IMG/VR virus record: IMGVR_UViG_2880505610_000001
Span: 40,773-104,772 of that record
Reading direction: 5' to 3' (one strand)
Length of the DNA: 64,000 nucleotides
From: a virus
Lineage: Duplodnaviria; Caudoviricetes
The notes under the pieces are model-generated. The model did no database searches, was not told where the DNA came from, and was given only the letters and a program-made list of their open reading frames with translations. Made by a program: the position numbers and the translations under genes. Below, one piece after another: positions 1-8,817 of the stretch; position 1 is the stretch's first letter, and every line of letters starts with the position of its first letter.

Positions 1-208
1 CGGAGTCGAGGCCGTACAGCTGCAGGAGCCCTTGGACGTCTTTGGCGGTGGGGCGGGTGGCGGCGTCCTCAATGCGGGATATTTTGCTCCTGCTCCAGGA
101 GAGTCGGCGTGCTACTTCGGCCTGTCCCAGGTCGCTCCGCTCTCGGAGTCGGCGGAGTTCGAGGGCGAGGCGACGCCCGCGCAGTGTCGGCGTTTTGACG
201 ACGGCCAT
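1..208 (-). CDS. XRE-family HTH regulator (WhiJ/Scr1-like), truncated by the window start
   Basis: Manual translation MAVVKTPTLRGRRLALELRRLRERSDLGQAEVARRLSWSRSKISRIE..., a typical actinomycete XRE N-terminus; divergent from an anti-sigma-like gene; absent from the ORF track. Confidence 0.85.
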   Translation of the reverse strand, partial: MAVVKTPTLRGRRLALELRRLRERSDLGQAEVARRLSWSRSKISRIEDAATRPTAKDVQGLLQLYGLDS

Positions 209-270
209 GTCTCGATCATCTCGTTCCGGCTGGCGCGTTGCGCAGTATGTCCGCTTACGGTCACGATTTG

Positions 271-303
271 CGTGCACGTCGCATTGCTATCGTGCACGTT
301 GCA
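271..303. promoter_or_regulatory. Direct repeat CGTGCACGTYGCA x2 (20-bp spacing) in a divergent promoter; candidate operator
   Basis: Copies at 271-283 and 291-303, each with a palindromic GTGCAC core. Confidence 0.45.
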
Positions 304-371
304 CGGCATTCTAATGGTGAGGATTTGATCAAGTACGTACGGTTAGTCGACGTGGATCGCAGGTGAGGTAG

Positions 372-743
372 TTGAACCTCCTCGGGCACCGTCTCGAACT
401 CTCCACACCGGAGACTGCACCCGACACGCGCAAGACCGTGCGGGCCCTGGCTGCTGGCATCGTGACCAACCCGGGCAGGCTCGACGACATCGAGCTCATG
501 ACCGGGGAGGGCATCGCGAACGCGCTGCTGCACGGTGAAGGACCGATCGACGTCTCGGTCAGCGTCAACGCGAACCAAGTCTGCGTAGAGATCACGAACC
601 ACGCCCGCTCGAACCGGCCGGCGAAGGGGCATCGTGGCGACCACGGCCGCGGGCTCAGCATCATCGACGCCCTCGCCACATCGTGGCGGCTCGAGCGCGC
701 CGGCGCCGACACGATGCTGAGGTTCGAAGTGGACGTGGACTAG
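372..743 (+). CDS. RsbW-like ATP-binding protein (HATPase_c_2)
   Basis: N box (ELMTGEGIANALLHG), G2 box (DHGRGLSIIDALA..W); typical partner of actinomycete XRE genes. Confidence 0.85.
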   Translation: MNLLGHRLELSTPETAPDTRKTVRALAAGIVTNPGRLDDIELMTGEGIANALLHGEGPIDVSVSVNANQVCVEITNHARSNRPAKGHRGDHGRGLSIIDALATSWRLERAGADTMLRFEVDVD

Positions 744-757
744 ACCGTCTAGACCTG

Positions 758-791
758 GGGTCGCGCCCCGCCCCGCTTCGGGGCGCGACCC
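758..791 (+). terminator. GC-rich stem-loop after the ATP-binding gene
   Basis: 13-bp inverted repeat GGGTCGCGCCCCG ... CGGGGCGCGACCC. Confidence 0.5.
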
Positions 792-1021
792 TGAGGGGGG
801 AGGTTGCGGGTCCGGGGTCGCCATACCGGTGTGCCTACCGCCCCGGGCCCGCAACCACATTGCTTGGGCGTGCCTCGAGAGGCGCGTCTGGGGGGCGGGT
901 TGACCCGCGTGGTTCCCGGCCCTGACCGAGTGGTTGTGCCAACGCCCTCGGCTGGGCCGGGACACCTGCCGCGGCAACCCTCGCTCAGCGGCATGTTGTT
1001 GCAGGTCATAGCATCATCGGC

Positions 1022-1216
1022 ATGGGTAAGCAGTGGGTCGGGCCGCGGGGATGGGACGTTGAGCTCATCCTGCTGGACGGCAGGCCGAAGCTGCGGGCAC
1101 GCCAGTACGGCGTCCTCAGCGACTACTGCTCGACCATCATCGAGCTGGAGCGGCTACTCCTCCGCGCGGGTCTCACGGTGGCCGACCTGGTGGAGGTCCT
1201 CCCCCGCTCTCGTTAG
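1022..1216 (+). CDS. Hypothetical protein, 64 aa
   Basis: ATG start, GC3-rich codons, globular-looking sequence. Confidence 0.7.
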   Translation: MGKQWVGPRGWDVELILLDGRPKLRARQYGVLSDYCSTIIELERLLLRAGLTVADLVEVLPRSR

Positions 1217-2148
1217 AGCTCCAGTGGCCGGACTCTGATCCCCTTTGACGCCCACGGCTCGAACTCTGGGTCCTCGGCCAGCCGCTCAAGCCAACGGATC
1301 TGATCCGCCAGATAGGTGTGCGACGGGGATCCCTCCCCGAACGTGATGATCGGGCCCTGGGTACCGCGTTTGCCGTGCCCGTAGATCATCACCCGGCACG
1401 CGTCGTCGATCTCCTCGATCGCGAACGAGCACGGGAAGTTGAACGTGAAGATCCGGAACGCCTCGTGCCGCCCGGCCGCACGATGCAGCGGCACGAGGAT
1501 CTCTCTCGTGTACCGTTCCGGGTCCTCCATCGTGGCCTCGGCCGGCTCGATCCGGTACCGGTCCCGCCGCGAGCAGCAGCCCGGGTCCATCACGTACACG
1601 TGCACCGGGACACCGGCCCCGGCACGTTCCTCCAGCAGCGGCAGCACCTCACCGCGGACGTAGTAGTTCCGGGAAAGGCCGAACAGGTTGATCCTGTGCC
1701 GTGCGCCGGCGAGGCGGTCCCGCAGGTCCTGCTCGGACTCCTGGCATGTGTAGGGGTAGGCGTCCACGATCCCCGCCCGCTGCAGGTTGGGAACCTCCGC
1801 GCCCGTGTGGTCCGTGCCGTACCCGAGCCGGTCCGGCCGGGTCCGGTACAGCCGGCACAGGTAGTCGATGCGCTCCTCCCCCGGCCTACGCTCACCGAGT
1901 TCCCACCGGCACAGCGTCGCCGAGTCGAGCCCGGGCGGCATGAGCCCGTCCGCCTCATACAGCATGTCGATCCGCCGGGACACCTCGGTCCTCGACCAGC
2001 CGTTGGCCAGCCGCCAAGCCTCGAGCGGAAACACATCCAGCTCTCGCATGATCCGGTCCGCGGTTTCCTCAACGGCCAGGCCGCGGCGGATCCCGTCATA
2101 TCGGATCTCGTTCGCCTGACGTTCGATTTCTGCGCGTTTACGCGCCAT
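1213..2148 (-). CDS. XRE HTH regulator fused to a DUF5919/PLD-like C-terminal domain
   Basis: LEAWRLANGWSRTEV...TLCRWELGERRPG HTH; C-terminal RINLFGLS...GVPVHVYVMDP pattern; start moved to ATG 2148 behind a GGGTGGAGGG RBS. Confidence 0.75.
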   Translation of the reverse strand: MARKRAEIERQANEIRYDGIRRGLAVEETADRIMRELDVFPLEAWRLANGWSRTEVSRRIDMLYEADGLMPPGLDSATLCRWELGERRPGEERIDYLCRLYRTRPDRLGYGTDHTGAEVPNLQRAGIVDAYPYTCQESEQDLRDRLAGARHRINLFGLSRNYYVRGEVLPLLEERAGAGVPVHVYVMDPGCCSRRDRYRIEPAEATMEDPERYTREILVPLHRAAGRHEAFRIFTFNFPCSFAIEEIDDACRVMIYGHGKRGTQGPIITFGEGSPSHTYLADQIRWLERLAEDPEFEPWASKGIRVRPLEL

Positions 2149-2177
2149 GTCCGCCACCCTCCACCCGATTGCCGCCG

Positions 2178-2198
2178 CACGGCAATCGCATTGCCGTG
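2178..2198. promoter_or_regulatory. Palindromic operator candidate CACGGCAAT-CGC-ATTGCCGTG
   Basis: Perfect 9-bp arms upstream of the HTH gene, with extra ATTGCC half-sites nearby. Confidence 0.5.
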
Positions 2199-2299
2199 AT
2201 CTGTCATTGCCCCCGTTGACGCTGTGCGACAACCTCGGAGCGGGTGAGAACAGTGACGCGGAAAGCAGGTAGCTGGGTGAACACTCGGGATAGTAGGCG

Positions 2300-2524
2300 A
2301 TGACTGCGGACGAATCACATCCCCCGCAAGGGCAGAACATCGACGAGATCAAAGCCCGGCTGTGTGAGGAGTTCGGCCCGAGCTGGTCGATCGTCTACAG
2401 CAGCAGAGGCCGATGGTGGGCGTTCCGCGGCCCTATGACGTCTGAGACGTTCAACGAGGTCAGCGATGTCGAGGCTGACTCTCCCGAGGACCTGCGCGCC
2501 AAGCTTCTCGAGGTCATGTCCTAG
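2300..2524 (+). CDS. Hypothetical protein, 74 aa
   Basis: WSIVYSSRGRWWAFR...VEADSPEDLRAKL resembles a small actinomycete protein type; good codon bias. Confidence 0.75.
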   Translation: MTADESHPPQGQNIDEIKARLCEEFGPSWSIVYSSRGRWWAFRGPMTSETFNEVSDVEADSPEDLRAKLLEVMS

Positions 2525-2602
2525 CCGCGGTGGCCCGGGCGGAGGCGCGCGGCCGGGGCTGCGATACCACTCCAGGGAGCGCGCCGAGAAGGAGAAGGCC
2601 CC

Positions 2603-3178
2603 ATGCTCAAGACCGCACGGCCCGCGCCTAGCGACGTCGGCCCCGTCGCCGCACGCATCCTCCACACCCTCAGGGACGACCCCGAGTACGGGCGGCTGGT
2701 TGACACCTGCGGCAGCTACAACGAGGACTGGACCTGCACGGCCGGCACACTCACCATCGACCAGTGGGACATCGCCGACGACGCCGAACCGCTCATCGAG
2801 GAGGCGCTGCGGGCTCTGGCGTTGAAGGCCGCCGTGTACGAGCTCACCGACGACGAGGAGGCCGCGGAGCTACCTATCGCCCGGCCGGTCGACGAGGTCC
2901 TGCACGCGGCCCTCGCCCAGCGCACCCTCACCGAGCGGATGGCGCAGCGCTGCCGGATCCAGATCGTCCACATGACCGACACCGAAACGGCCGGGCCAGC
3001 CTACGAGACGGGCGACTACACGACGGCGTGCTACGCCAAGGCGTGGGGGCAGGAACCACCGGCCCGGTACTGGATCGGCGCCGAAGAGCACGCCCGCCGC
3101 GTGAAGGTCCTGGACGCTCGCCTGCAGGAGATCGGGATCCGCGACCTCGGGCACCGGCACGCCATCACCTTCAACTAG
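2603..3178 (+). CDS. Hypothetical protein, possibly GRDP/DUF1399-like
   Basis: RBS AAGGAGAAGG; motif PVDEVLH...IVH...YTTACY..AWG.EPP.RYW. Confidence 0.7.
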   Translation: MLKTARPAPSDVGPVAARILHTLRDDPEYGRLVDTCGSYNEDWTCTAGTLTIDQWDIADDAEPLIEEALRALALKAAVYELTDDEEAAELPIARPVDEVLHAALAQRTLTERMAQRCRIQIVHMTDTETAGPAYETGDYTTACYAKAWGQEPPARYWIGAEEHARRVKVLDARLQEIGIRDLGHRHAITFN

Positions 3179-3669
3179 CCGCGGGCAGCGCGGCCGAGTT
3201 CCGTCGAGAGAACCCGGCGGAGCGCGTTCACGATCTCCTCGCCGGTGAACCGCTGCGCGGCGATGGCCTCCGCCTGCTCCAGGGCGGAGGCCATCGCATG
3301 ATGCGGGGCAGCGCGGAGCACCGCGATGACCCAGCCCTCCAGGTCGGCCACCGACTCGGGCAGCTCGAGCTGGTCCGCGGACGGGTAGAAGACGGCGGCG
3401 CCGGTAGCACCTACCGGCTGACGGTCGCTGGCGTACAGGCCCGGCTCGAGCCCGACCCGGAACGGGTGCACACACACTGGCGCCCCGGTGGCCTGGTCCA
3501 CCCGGCAGCCGGCAGCGCGGTCGAAGGTGTACCGGGGGGCGGGCCTGTCGACGACATCGAACTCACCCGGGCCCCGGCGCTGGGCAGGGCAGATAACGCA
3601 GCAGTCAGCAACCCACTCCGGTTTCGGTCCCACAGGTCGAGCATGCCAGGCGGCTTTGTTTCCAGGCAC
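3175..3669 (-). CDS. Hypothetical Cys-containing protein (start uncertain)
   Basis: 164-aa ORF convergent with 2603-3178, good GC3 bias in the 3' part. Confidence 0.6.
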   Translation of the reverse strand: MPGNKAAWHARPVGPKPEWVADCCVICPAQRRGPGEFDVVDRPAPRYTFDRAAGCRVDQATGAPVCVHPFRVGLEPGLYASDRQPVGATGAAVFYPSADQLELPESVADLEGWVIAVLRAAPHHAMASALEQAEAIAAQRFTGEEIVNALRRVLSTELGRAARG

Positions 3670-3670
3670 G

Positions 3671-3710
3671 ACGAAACGCCCCCGCCCACCCGAAGGTGAG
3701 CGAGGGCGTT
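3671..3710 (-). terminator. Intrinsic terminator ending the late/lysis operon
   Basis: Minus strand AACGCCCTCGCTCACC-TTCG-GGTGGGCGGGGGCGTT followed by TCGT, about 30 nt after the holin stop. Confidence 0.7.
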
Positions 3711-3740
3711 CAGGCGCCAGGGCCCGTTCAGGGCTCCAGG

Positions 3741-4097
3741 CTACGCCGGGGGCGGCGTCGCCCGCGTGCCGACGACCGGCGCCGGGCTGACGTTCTGTCG
3801 CAGCAGCAGCGCCAGCACGATGCTCAGCGCCGTCACTGTCGCACCGATCTGCTCCGTGCTCAGTTCCAGCCCGAACGCGGCCACGGCCGCGAGGACGGTG
3901 GCCGCCGCGCCCGTGATGGTCGACACCACCACCGGCCGGGTCATCGCCGCCGCGACGGCCGCCAGGATCGCCGTGTTGATGACGCTGACCGCGCTCACCT
4001 GGTCCTGGGACAGGTCCAGCCCGTAGGCCACCAGCAGCGCTACGGCCGCGTTCACCGCGTAGGCGATGACGGCCGGCTCGTAACCGAAGATCTTCAT
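3741..4097 (-). CDS. Putative holin (multi-TM membrane protein)
   Basis: MKIFGYEPAVI..., several hydrophobic helices, ends RQNVSP; GAGGAGG RBS; downstream of the endolysin. Confidence 0.75.
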   Translation of the reverse strand: MKIFGYEPAVIAYAVNAAVALLVAYGLDLSQDQVSAVSVINTAILAAVAAAMTRPVVVSTITGAAATVLAAVAAFGLELSTEQIGATVTALSIVLALLLRQNVSPAPVVGTRATPPPA

Positions 4098-4154
4098 GAG
4101 TGACCTCCTCGGGTCACGGGCCTTTCCCTGGTCCGGGAAAAGCCTGGTCAGGGG

Positions 4155-4227
4155 CAACGATCAACTCAGAGTTGATCGTTGGGTTCTGTCGACTTGCTCC
4201 AAGTTGCTCCAACCTCTTGGAGCAACT
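4155..4227. repeat. Two perfect inverted repeats between endolysin and holin
   Basis: CAACGATCAACTC-A-GAGTTGATCGTTG (4155-4181) and AGTTGCTCCAA-CCTC-TTGGAGCAACT (4202-4227). Confidence 0.8.
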
Positions 4228-4314
4228 GGGGCGTTGCTGCAGGTAGCGAGGCTGGTTTCGTCGCGGGTTACTCACGGCCCAGCAGGACGTGCGGCTTCCG
4301 CGCACGGGCATGGG

Positions 4315-4515
4315 TCAGCGGGACCCGCTCAGAGCCTCCACAGCGAGGTCTACTGCCTCACCCAGATGATCGATCGCCTTGTCCCGCTCGGGACCGGCGG
4401 GAAGAGTGATCAGCCAGTGCTCCGCCACTGCAAGGCCTACGCCTCGAACGTGACGGACCGGCTGCGCGTCATCCGCGAGCGCAGCGAACCTGCGGAGAAT
4501 GTCGTCGAGAGAGAT
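4315..4515 (-). pseudogene. Possible degenerate Acb2/Tad1-like helical-hairpin gene with no canonical start
   Basis: (I)SLDDILRRF...VRGVGLAVAEHWLITLPAGPERDKAIDHLGEAVDLAVEAL; ATC at the expected start position; weak GC3 bias. Confidence 0.35.
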
Positions 4516-4597
4516 TGGTGGCCTGCTTTCGGCCGAGGCCGACCAGCGGCCACGAAAACCGGGAGGTCCTCCAACGTACCCGCCCGCGCCGACACTC

Positions 4598-5647
4598 TCA
4601 GGAAGCGTCCCAGGCAACCGGCACAGCACCGTCGTCCTCGCGCTGAACCGACACCCCATCGGTCGTCGTCGGGTCACGGAACTTGAACCACGGCTTCGGC
4701 CGGGTCGAGTCCACCACGATGTGCTGGGCGTACCACCCCTTCGCGTCGTGGACCGCCACACGCAGCTTCGCCGGCGGCAGCTTCGCCAGGTCGTTGTCAC
4801 CAACGAAACCGATCGCGCCAACGTCGCCCGGGTGCAGCGAGATCGGGGTGATCGCGCTCGGCCCATCGGTGAGCTGTCCGTAGTACCGCACTTCCTCGTC
4901 CTCCTCAGGAACCTGTGGGGCCAGCGCGCGCTGCAGCAGCGCCGCGGTGGCCACGTCGTAAACGCCCGACGCTGTGAGCGAGCGGGAGCGCTGGAACGTC
5001 TTCACCGCAGTTTCGGTCTCGCCGCCGTAGTCGCCGTCGGCGCCGTAGACGGGGAGCGTCTGCCCGGCTCTCAGTAGGGCGTTCTGCAGGTCTCGGACCT
5101 TGTCCCCCACGTCACCGGGTCGCAGCGTCGCGGCCGGCGCCTTCCCGGACCATTTGTAGGGCGCGTCCGTGCCGCTGCCGCTGTAGTACGGCCGGCCGTA
5201 CCCGGCGATGGTCGACGCATCCCGGACACGCCGCTTGCAGGCGTCACCGGTGTTGCCCTCGATCGTCTGCACCCGGCCCCCGCCGAGGACCTTCTCGATG
5301 ATGCCGACGTGGTCGATGGCGCCGATCGAGTTGCTGGCCCCCCAGTCGAAGAACACGATGTCCCCGGGCTTAGCCCGGTCGACGTTCGCCGCCGTCCCGG
5401 TGTGCCAGCGACCCGCATTCTGGAAGTCCTGGGCGTGCCACACCGTGAACGCACGGTCGCCTCCGAGCAGGACCGCCGCGGCGTTCCCCGACCGGCGCGC
5501 CCAGTAGGTCACGGCCATGTCGCACCAGGGCGCGCGCAGGAACTCGTCGCCGTACCGGGAGGCGTAGTCGCGGGTGATGTAGTTCGGGCGCCCCGCCAGG
5601 CCCAGGGACTTGCGGGCCTCGGCGAGCATCCCATCAGCCGTTCCCAT
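4598..5647 (-). CDS. Endolysin: CHAP amidase plus peptidoglycan-binding domain
   Basis: APWCDM, KPGDIVFFDW, DHVGIIE, TIEGNT; PGBD LRPGDVGDKVRDLQNAL...DGDYGGETETAVKTFQ. Confidence 0.92.
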   Translation of the reverse strand: MGTADGMLAEARKSLGLAGRPNYITRDYASRYGDEFLRAPWCDMAVTYWARRSGNAAAVLLGGDRAFTVWHAQDFQNAGRWHTGTAANVDRAKPGDIVFFDWGASNSIGAIDHVGIIEKVLGGGRVQTIEGNTGDACKRRVRDASTIAGYGRPYYSGSGTDAPYKWSGKAPAATLRPGDVGDKVRDLQNALLRAGQTLPVYGADGDYGGETETAVKTFQRSRSLTASGVYDVATAALLQRALAPQVPEEDEEVRYYGQLTDGPSAITPISLHPGDVGAIGFVGDNDLAKLPPAKLRVAVHDAKGWYAQHIVVDSTRPKPWFKFRDPTTTDGVSVQREDDGAVPVAWDAS

Positions 5648-5813
5648 CGGCCCGCCCCCCGGTCACGAACAGCTCACCGGGAGCGCAGACCCCGTCCACC
5701 CACCACGTGCCGTCGCTTGCCTTGTGATCGCCGTCGTGGCCCCGCTCCAGGGAGCACGCCCAGGACTCGCCGCCCAGCTTCCACACCGGGCCGACGACCT
5801 TTCCGCAGTGCAT
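5634..5813 (-). CDS. Small Cys/His protein, 59 aa
   Basis: Manual translation MHCGKVVGPVWKLGGESWACSLERGHDGDH...; TGATG coupling with the upstream gene. Confidence 0.6.
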   Translation of the reverse strand: MHCGKVVGPVWKLGGESWACSLERGHDGDHKASDGTWWVDGVCAPGELFVTGGRADGNG

Positions 5814-5995
5814 CAGCCCTCACCTCGGAACACGCCGTCGTCGTCCGGCTCGCCGTACAGCTCGCGCAGCGCGGCCTCCTCATCGGGCACCGTCGCCTGG
5901 TGAGCGCCCGGGTGCCGGTCGACCTGGCCCATGTGCTCGAACTCCGAGCCGACGGGCCCTTCCTCGGAGGCCACGCCACCATGCGGCTCGTTCAC
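5813..5995 (-). CDS. Small acidic protein
   Basis: GTG start behind AAGGAGG, overlapping the upstream stop; LRELYGEPDDDGVFRGEG. Confidence 0.65.
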   Translation of the reverse strand: MNEPHGGVASEEGPVGSEFEHMGQVDRHPGAHQATVPDEEAALRELYGEPDDDGVFRGEG

Positions 5996-6645
5996 TGTTC
6001 CTCCTTGCTGACGCTGCAGCGCCATGCCTCCCCAGTCACCTGGCCAGGCGGATCGGGAGGCGTGCAGTAGATCGGATGCGTTGACAGGTACTCCTGGACG
6101 GCAGCGCGGATCTGCGCCTCAGTAGGCGGCGGGCCTGGCTCGCCATCGCGACCGGCGGCGCCGTCCTGCCCGTCCTTACCTGGTGCGCCGCTTGGACCGG
6201 CAGGACCCGATGGGCCGATGGGACCTGTGGGTCCGGCGGCTGGCGGGTGCTCCCGCAGGTACCCAGCCACCGCGGCAATGATCTCCGCCATCGTCGGTGC
6301 ACGGCCTTGCGGCGGCGGGTGGTCCCGCAGATACCGGGTGACGGCTGCGGCGATCTCTGCTTGTGTCGGTGCCCGCCCGGGGCGCCCCGAAGCCCCTGTG
6401 TCACCCGGCCGGCCCGATGAGCCGGTCCGCGGAGATCCGCCGGGCCGGGACGGAGAAGGCGCGGGTGAGACGAGCGGCACCCCGCCCAGATCTCGGACCT
6501 GACCGGCCAGCACATCGATCTCGTGCTGCTGCCGCCACTGAAGCCAGGCCACCAACCCGATAACCACCGCAATGACCACGGCAATCGCTAGTGGGGCCCC
6601 GTACACGCGTGGCTGACAGCCAGGATCCTCAGGGCTGGCCTTCAC
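5992..6645 (-). CDS. Membrane-anchored collagen-like protein in the lysis cassette
   Basis: N-terminal TM helix, G-X-Y runs, three PT.AEI.AAV..YL..HP repeats. Confidence 0.8.
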   Translation of the reverse strand: MKASPEDPGCQPRVYGAPLAIAVVIAVVIGLVAWLQWRQQHEIDVLAGQVRDLGGVPLVSPAPSPSRPGGSPRTGSSGRPGDTGASGRPGRAPTQAEIAAAVTRYLRDHPPPQGRAPTMAEIIAAVAGYLREHPPAAGPTGPIGPSGPAGPSGAPGKDGQDGAAGRDGEPGPPPTEAQIRAAVQEYLSTHPIYCTPPDPPGQVTGEAWRCSVSKEEQ

Positions 6646-6980
6646 GGCGCCGTCCCCTTGCCTCGCAAATAGAGCTGCAGTATCAGCAGCGTCAATGGCG
6701 CCAGAACCGACGTGAACAGGGCCAGCAAGATCATGCGCCGGTCTGCCGAACGCTGCCGCTGGTCGGCGTCGAGACGGGCCACCACATCGGTGATGTCCTT
6801 GGCCAGTTCGTCATGTTCGCGCCTGGCCGTCTCCACATGCGCTTGGTACAGCGGCAGTCCCACCATCTCTCTTGCCAGCGCGTCCAGGCGCTGGCTGAGT
6901 GCCGCGTGACGGTCTCGTAGGTCGTGGCGGAGGTCGGAGATGTTGCGCTGGAGCTCTCCTGGGGTGGGGTCATCGGCCAC
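6642..6980 (-). CDS. Membrane protein (coiled coil plus C-terminal TM), lysis-associated
   Basis: MADDPTPGELQR... with a hydrophobic C-terminus. Confidence 0.75.
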   Translation of the reverse strand: MADDPTPGELQRNISDLRHDLRDRHAALSQRLDALAREMVGLPLYQAHVETARREHDELAKDITDVVARLDADQRQRSADRRMILLALFTSVLAPLTLLILQLYLRGKGTAP

Positions 6981-7010
6981 GCGACCCCCTCATGGTCATC
7001 GTGGGCTCCG

Positions 7011-8186
7011 TCAGGCGACGCTCAGCGTCCAGTCATCGGCGGCGTACTTCGAAACGATTCCGCTGGACTGCTGTTGCAGGAGCCTGGTGCCCGCGTTCGG
7101 TGCCAGCGGGGCGGTCACCTTCACGTTGGTCACGCCCGTAGCGGCGTAGATGGCGGGCGTCCCCGGCGGGGTGTACCCCGTCTGGGCGGCGAAGCCGCTG
7201 AACTGGCAGCCGTCGAACAGCAGGTCGCCGGCGGACCCTCGGATGAAGACCTGCCCCCGGTCGACCGGGTTCCGGCCGGTGCTGGCCGGGCGGACGGCGT
7301 TGTTGAAGAACCACAGCTTGTCGAAGACCATCCCCTTGCCGCCGGTGATGAGGATCGCGGCGCCCTGGCACGCGCGGGTCTGGTCCCGGCCGGTGCAGTC
7401 CAGCAGCGTCCCGTTGAAGACCAGGCCGCCGTAGCTGCCGTCGATCCGGATGCCGGTCGCCTTCTCCGGCGTGATGTAGAGCGGGCCGAACTGCGACCGG
7501 CTCATGTGGGTGAGCCAGACGTAGAACTTGGTGGCGGCGAGCCTTGTCGAGGACAGAAACCCGCCGGACTGCCAGTAGAAGTTGTCGCTGCCGGCCAGCT
7601 TGAACTGGGTGTCGGTCCCCTCGTTCACGTACGTGCGGTCGATCCGGACCCGGAGGTGCCGGGCGTGCATGACCGTCGCGAACCCGACCCAGGCCGAGTC
7701 CACGAACGTTGCGTCCTCGATCACCGGCCCCCGCGCCATGTCGGTGACCGGAGTCTGGAAGTGCACGCTGCTCGATGCGGCGCGGAACTGGAGCCCGGAC
7801 ACCCACACGTTCCGGACCCCCGCGGCAGGGACCGAGAACAGCGCGCTGCCGCCCACGGTCGCCACGCACTGCGGCCCATCCGAGGCGAACTCCCGCTCGG
7901 TCGTACCGAGCGACCCGACCAGCCGTAACCCGTCGTAGAGCTCGTACGGGCCGCCGGTGAACGTGTGTGCCCGGCTGGCCAGAACGATCGCTGGTGGCCG
8001 GGTCTGCGCCGCGGCGTAACTCATCGCCGCCTTGAGCTTGGCGTCGTCGTCCGCGCCGGCGAAGGCGTCCAGGGGCGCACCGTAGGTGATCTCGTGAACC
8101 GAGAGGCGTTTCTCTATGCCGTCGATGGGTGCTTGGAGGGAGGCGCCCCAGCTCTTGGCGAGTGGCTGGTAGGGGTAGCCGGTCAC
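7011..8186 (-). CDS. Pectate-lyase-like beta-helix tail spike / depolymerase candidate
   Basis: FAGADDDAKLKAAM...GLRLVG entry motif followed by beta-helix-like strands; GTGA coupling at 8186. Confidence 0.65.
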   Translation of the reverse strand: MTGYPYQPLAKSWGASLQAPIDGIEKRLSVHEITYGAPLDAFAGADDDAKLKAAMSYAAAQTRPPAIVLASRAHTFTGGPYELYDGLRLVGSLGTTEREFASDGPQCVATVGGSALFSVPAAGVRNVWVSGLQFRAASSSVHFQTPVTDMARGPVIEDATFVDSAWVGFATVMHARHLRVRIDRTYVNEGTDTQFKLAGSDNFYWQSGGFLSSTRLAATKFYVWLTHMSRSQFGPLYITPEKATGIRIDGSYGGLVFNGTLLDCTGRDQTRACQGAAILITGGKGMVFDKLWFFNNAVRPASTGRNPVDRGQVFIRGSAGDLLFDGCQFSGFAAQTGYTPPGTPAIYAATGVTNVKVTAPLAPNAGTRLLQQQSSGIVSKYAADDWTLSVA

Positions 8187-8809
8187 CTGGGCCACACCTT
8201 CAGGCGGGCCTGCGCGCGCCACACATGCCCCGGGTAAGGCTTGTCGTAGCCGGGGACGAGGAACTGGCCCTGCTCGTTCATGTGGTGGAACTGGGCGATG
8301 TTCACCCGCAGGCACTCGGTGCTCTTGACCTCTTCGGCAGTGAAGTGGAACTGGACGTGCTTGGTGCACATGCGGTGCCCGGACGCGTCGGTGACGACGT
8401 TGCCGCTCTCGTCCCACAGCAGGTCGTCGTAGTGCAGCGGCGCGTAGCCCTCCTCGGAGAACAGCGTGCTGCGAGTGTTGAGGACCTCGTTGTCGGAGGT
8501 GCGCGCCTTGGTCAGCCACACCTGGTACTCGGTGCGCTGCGTCGGGGACGGCGCCCACAGGTCACGGACCCACAGGCTGACCGTCCCGTCCACCAGGGCA
8601 CCCGACGAGCCGATGTTGGGACCCCAGACGATGCTGATGCCGCCGGAGTCGGAGTGGTGCCCCTTCGGGTCCTCCAGGTCCTCATTGAAGTACACGAACA
8701 AGCCGTTCCCACCGACGTCCGGGTCGACCGACGGGATCGGCTGGATCGGGTCGCCGCCCGTGTTCTTGTAGCCGTAGCGGACGCGGACCGGCTGGAAGGG
8801 CAGGGGCAT
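8183..8809 (-). CDS. Minor tail / hypothetical structural protein
   Basis: ATG 8809 with AGGAG RBS directly after the baseplate gene. Confidence 0.7.
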   Translation of the reverse strand: MPLPFQPVRVRYGYKNTGGDPIQPIPSVDPDVGGNGLFVYFNEDLEDPKGHHSDSGGISIVWGPNIGSSGALVDGTVSLWVRDLWAPSPTQRTEYQVWLTKARTSDNEVLNTRSTLFSEEGYAPLHYDDLLWDESGNVVTDASGHRMCTKHVQFHFTAEEVKSTECLRVNIAQFHHMNEQGQFLVPGYDKPYPGHVWRAQARLKVWPR

Positions 8810-8817
8810 GGAGGCTC

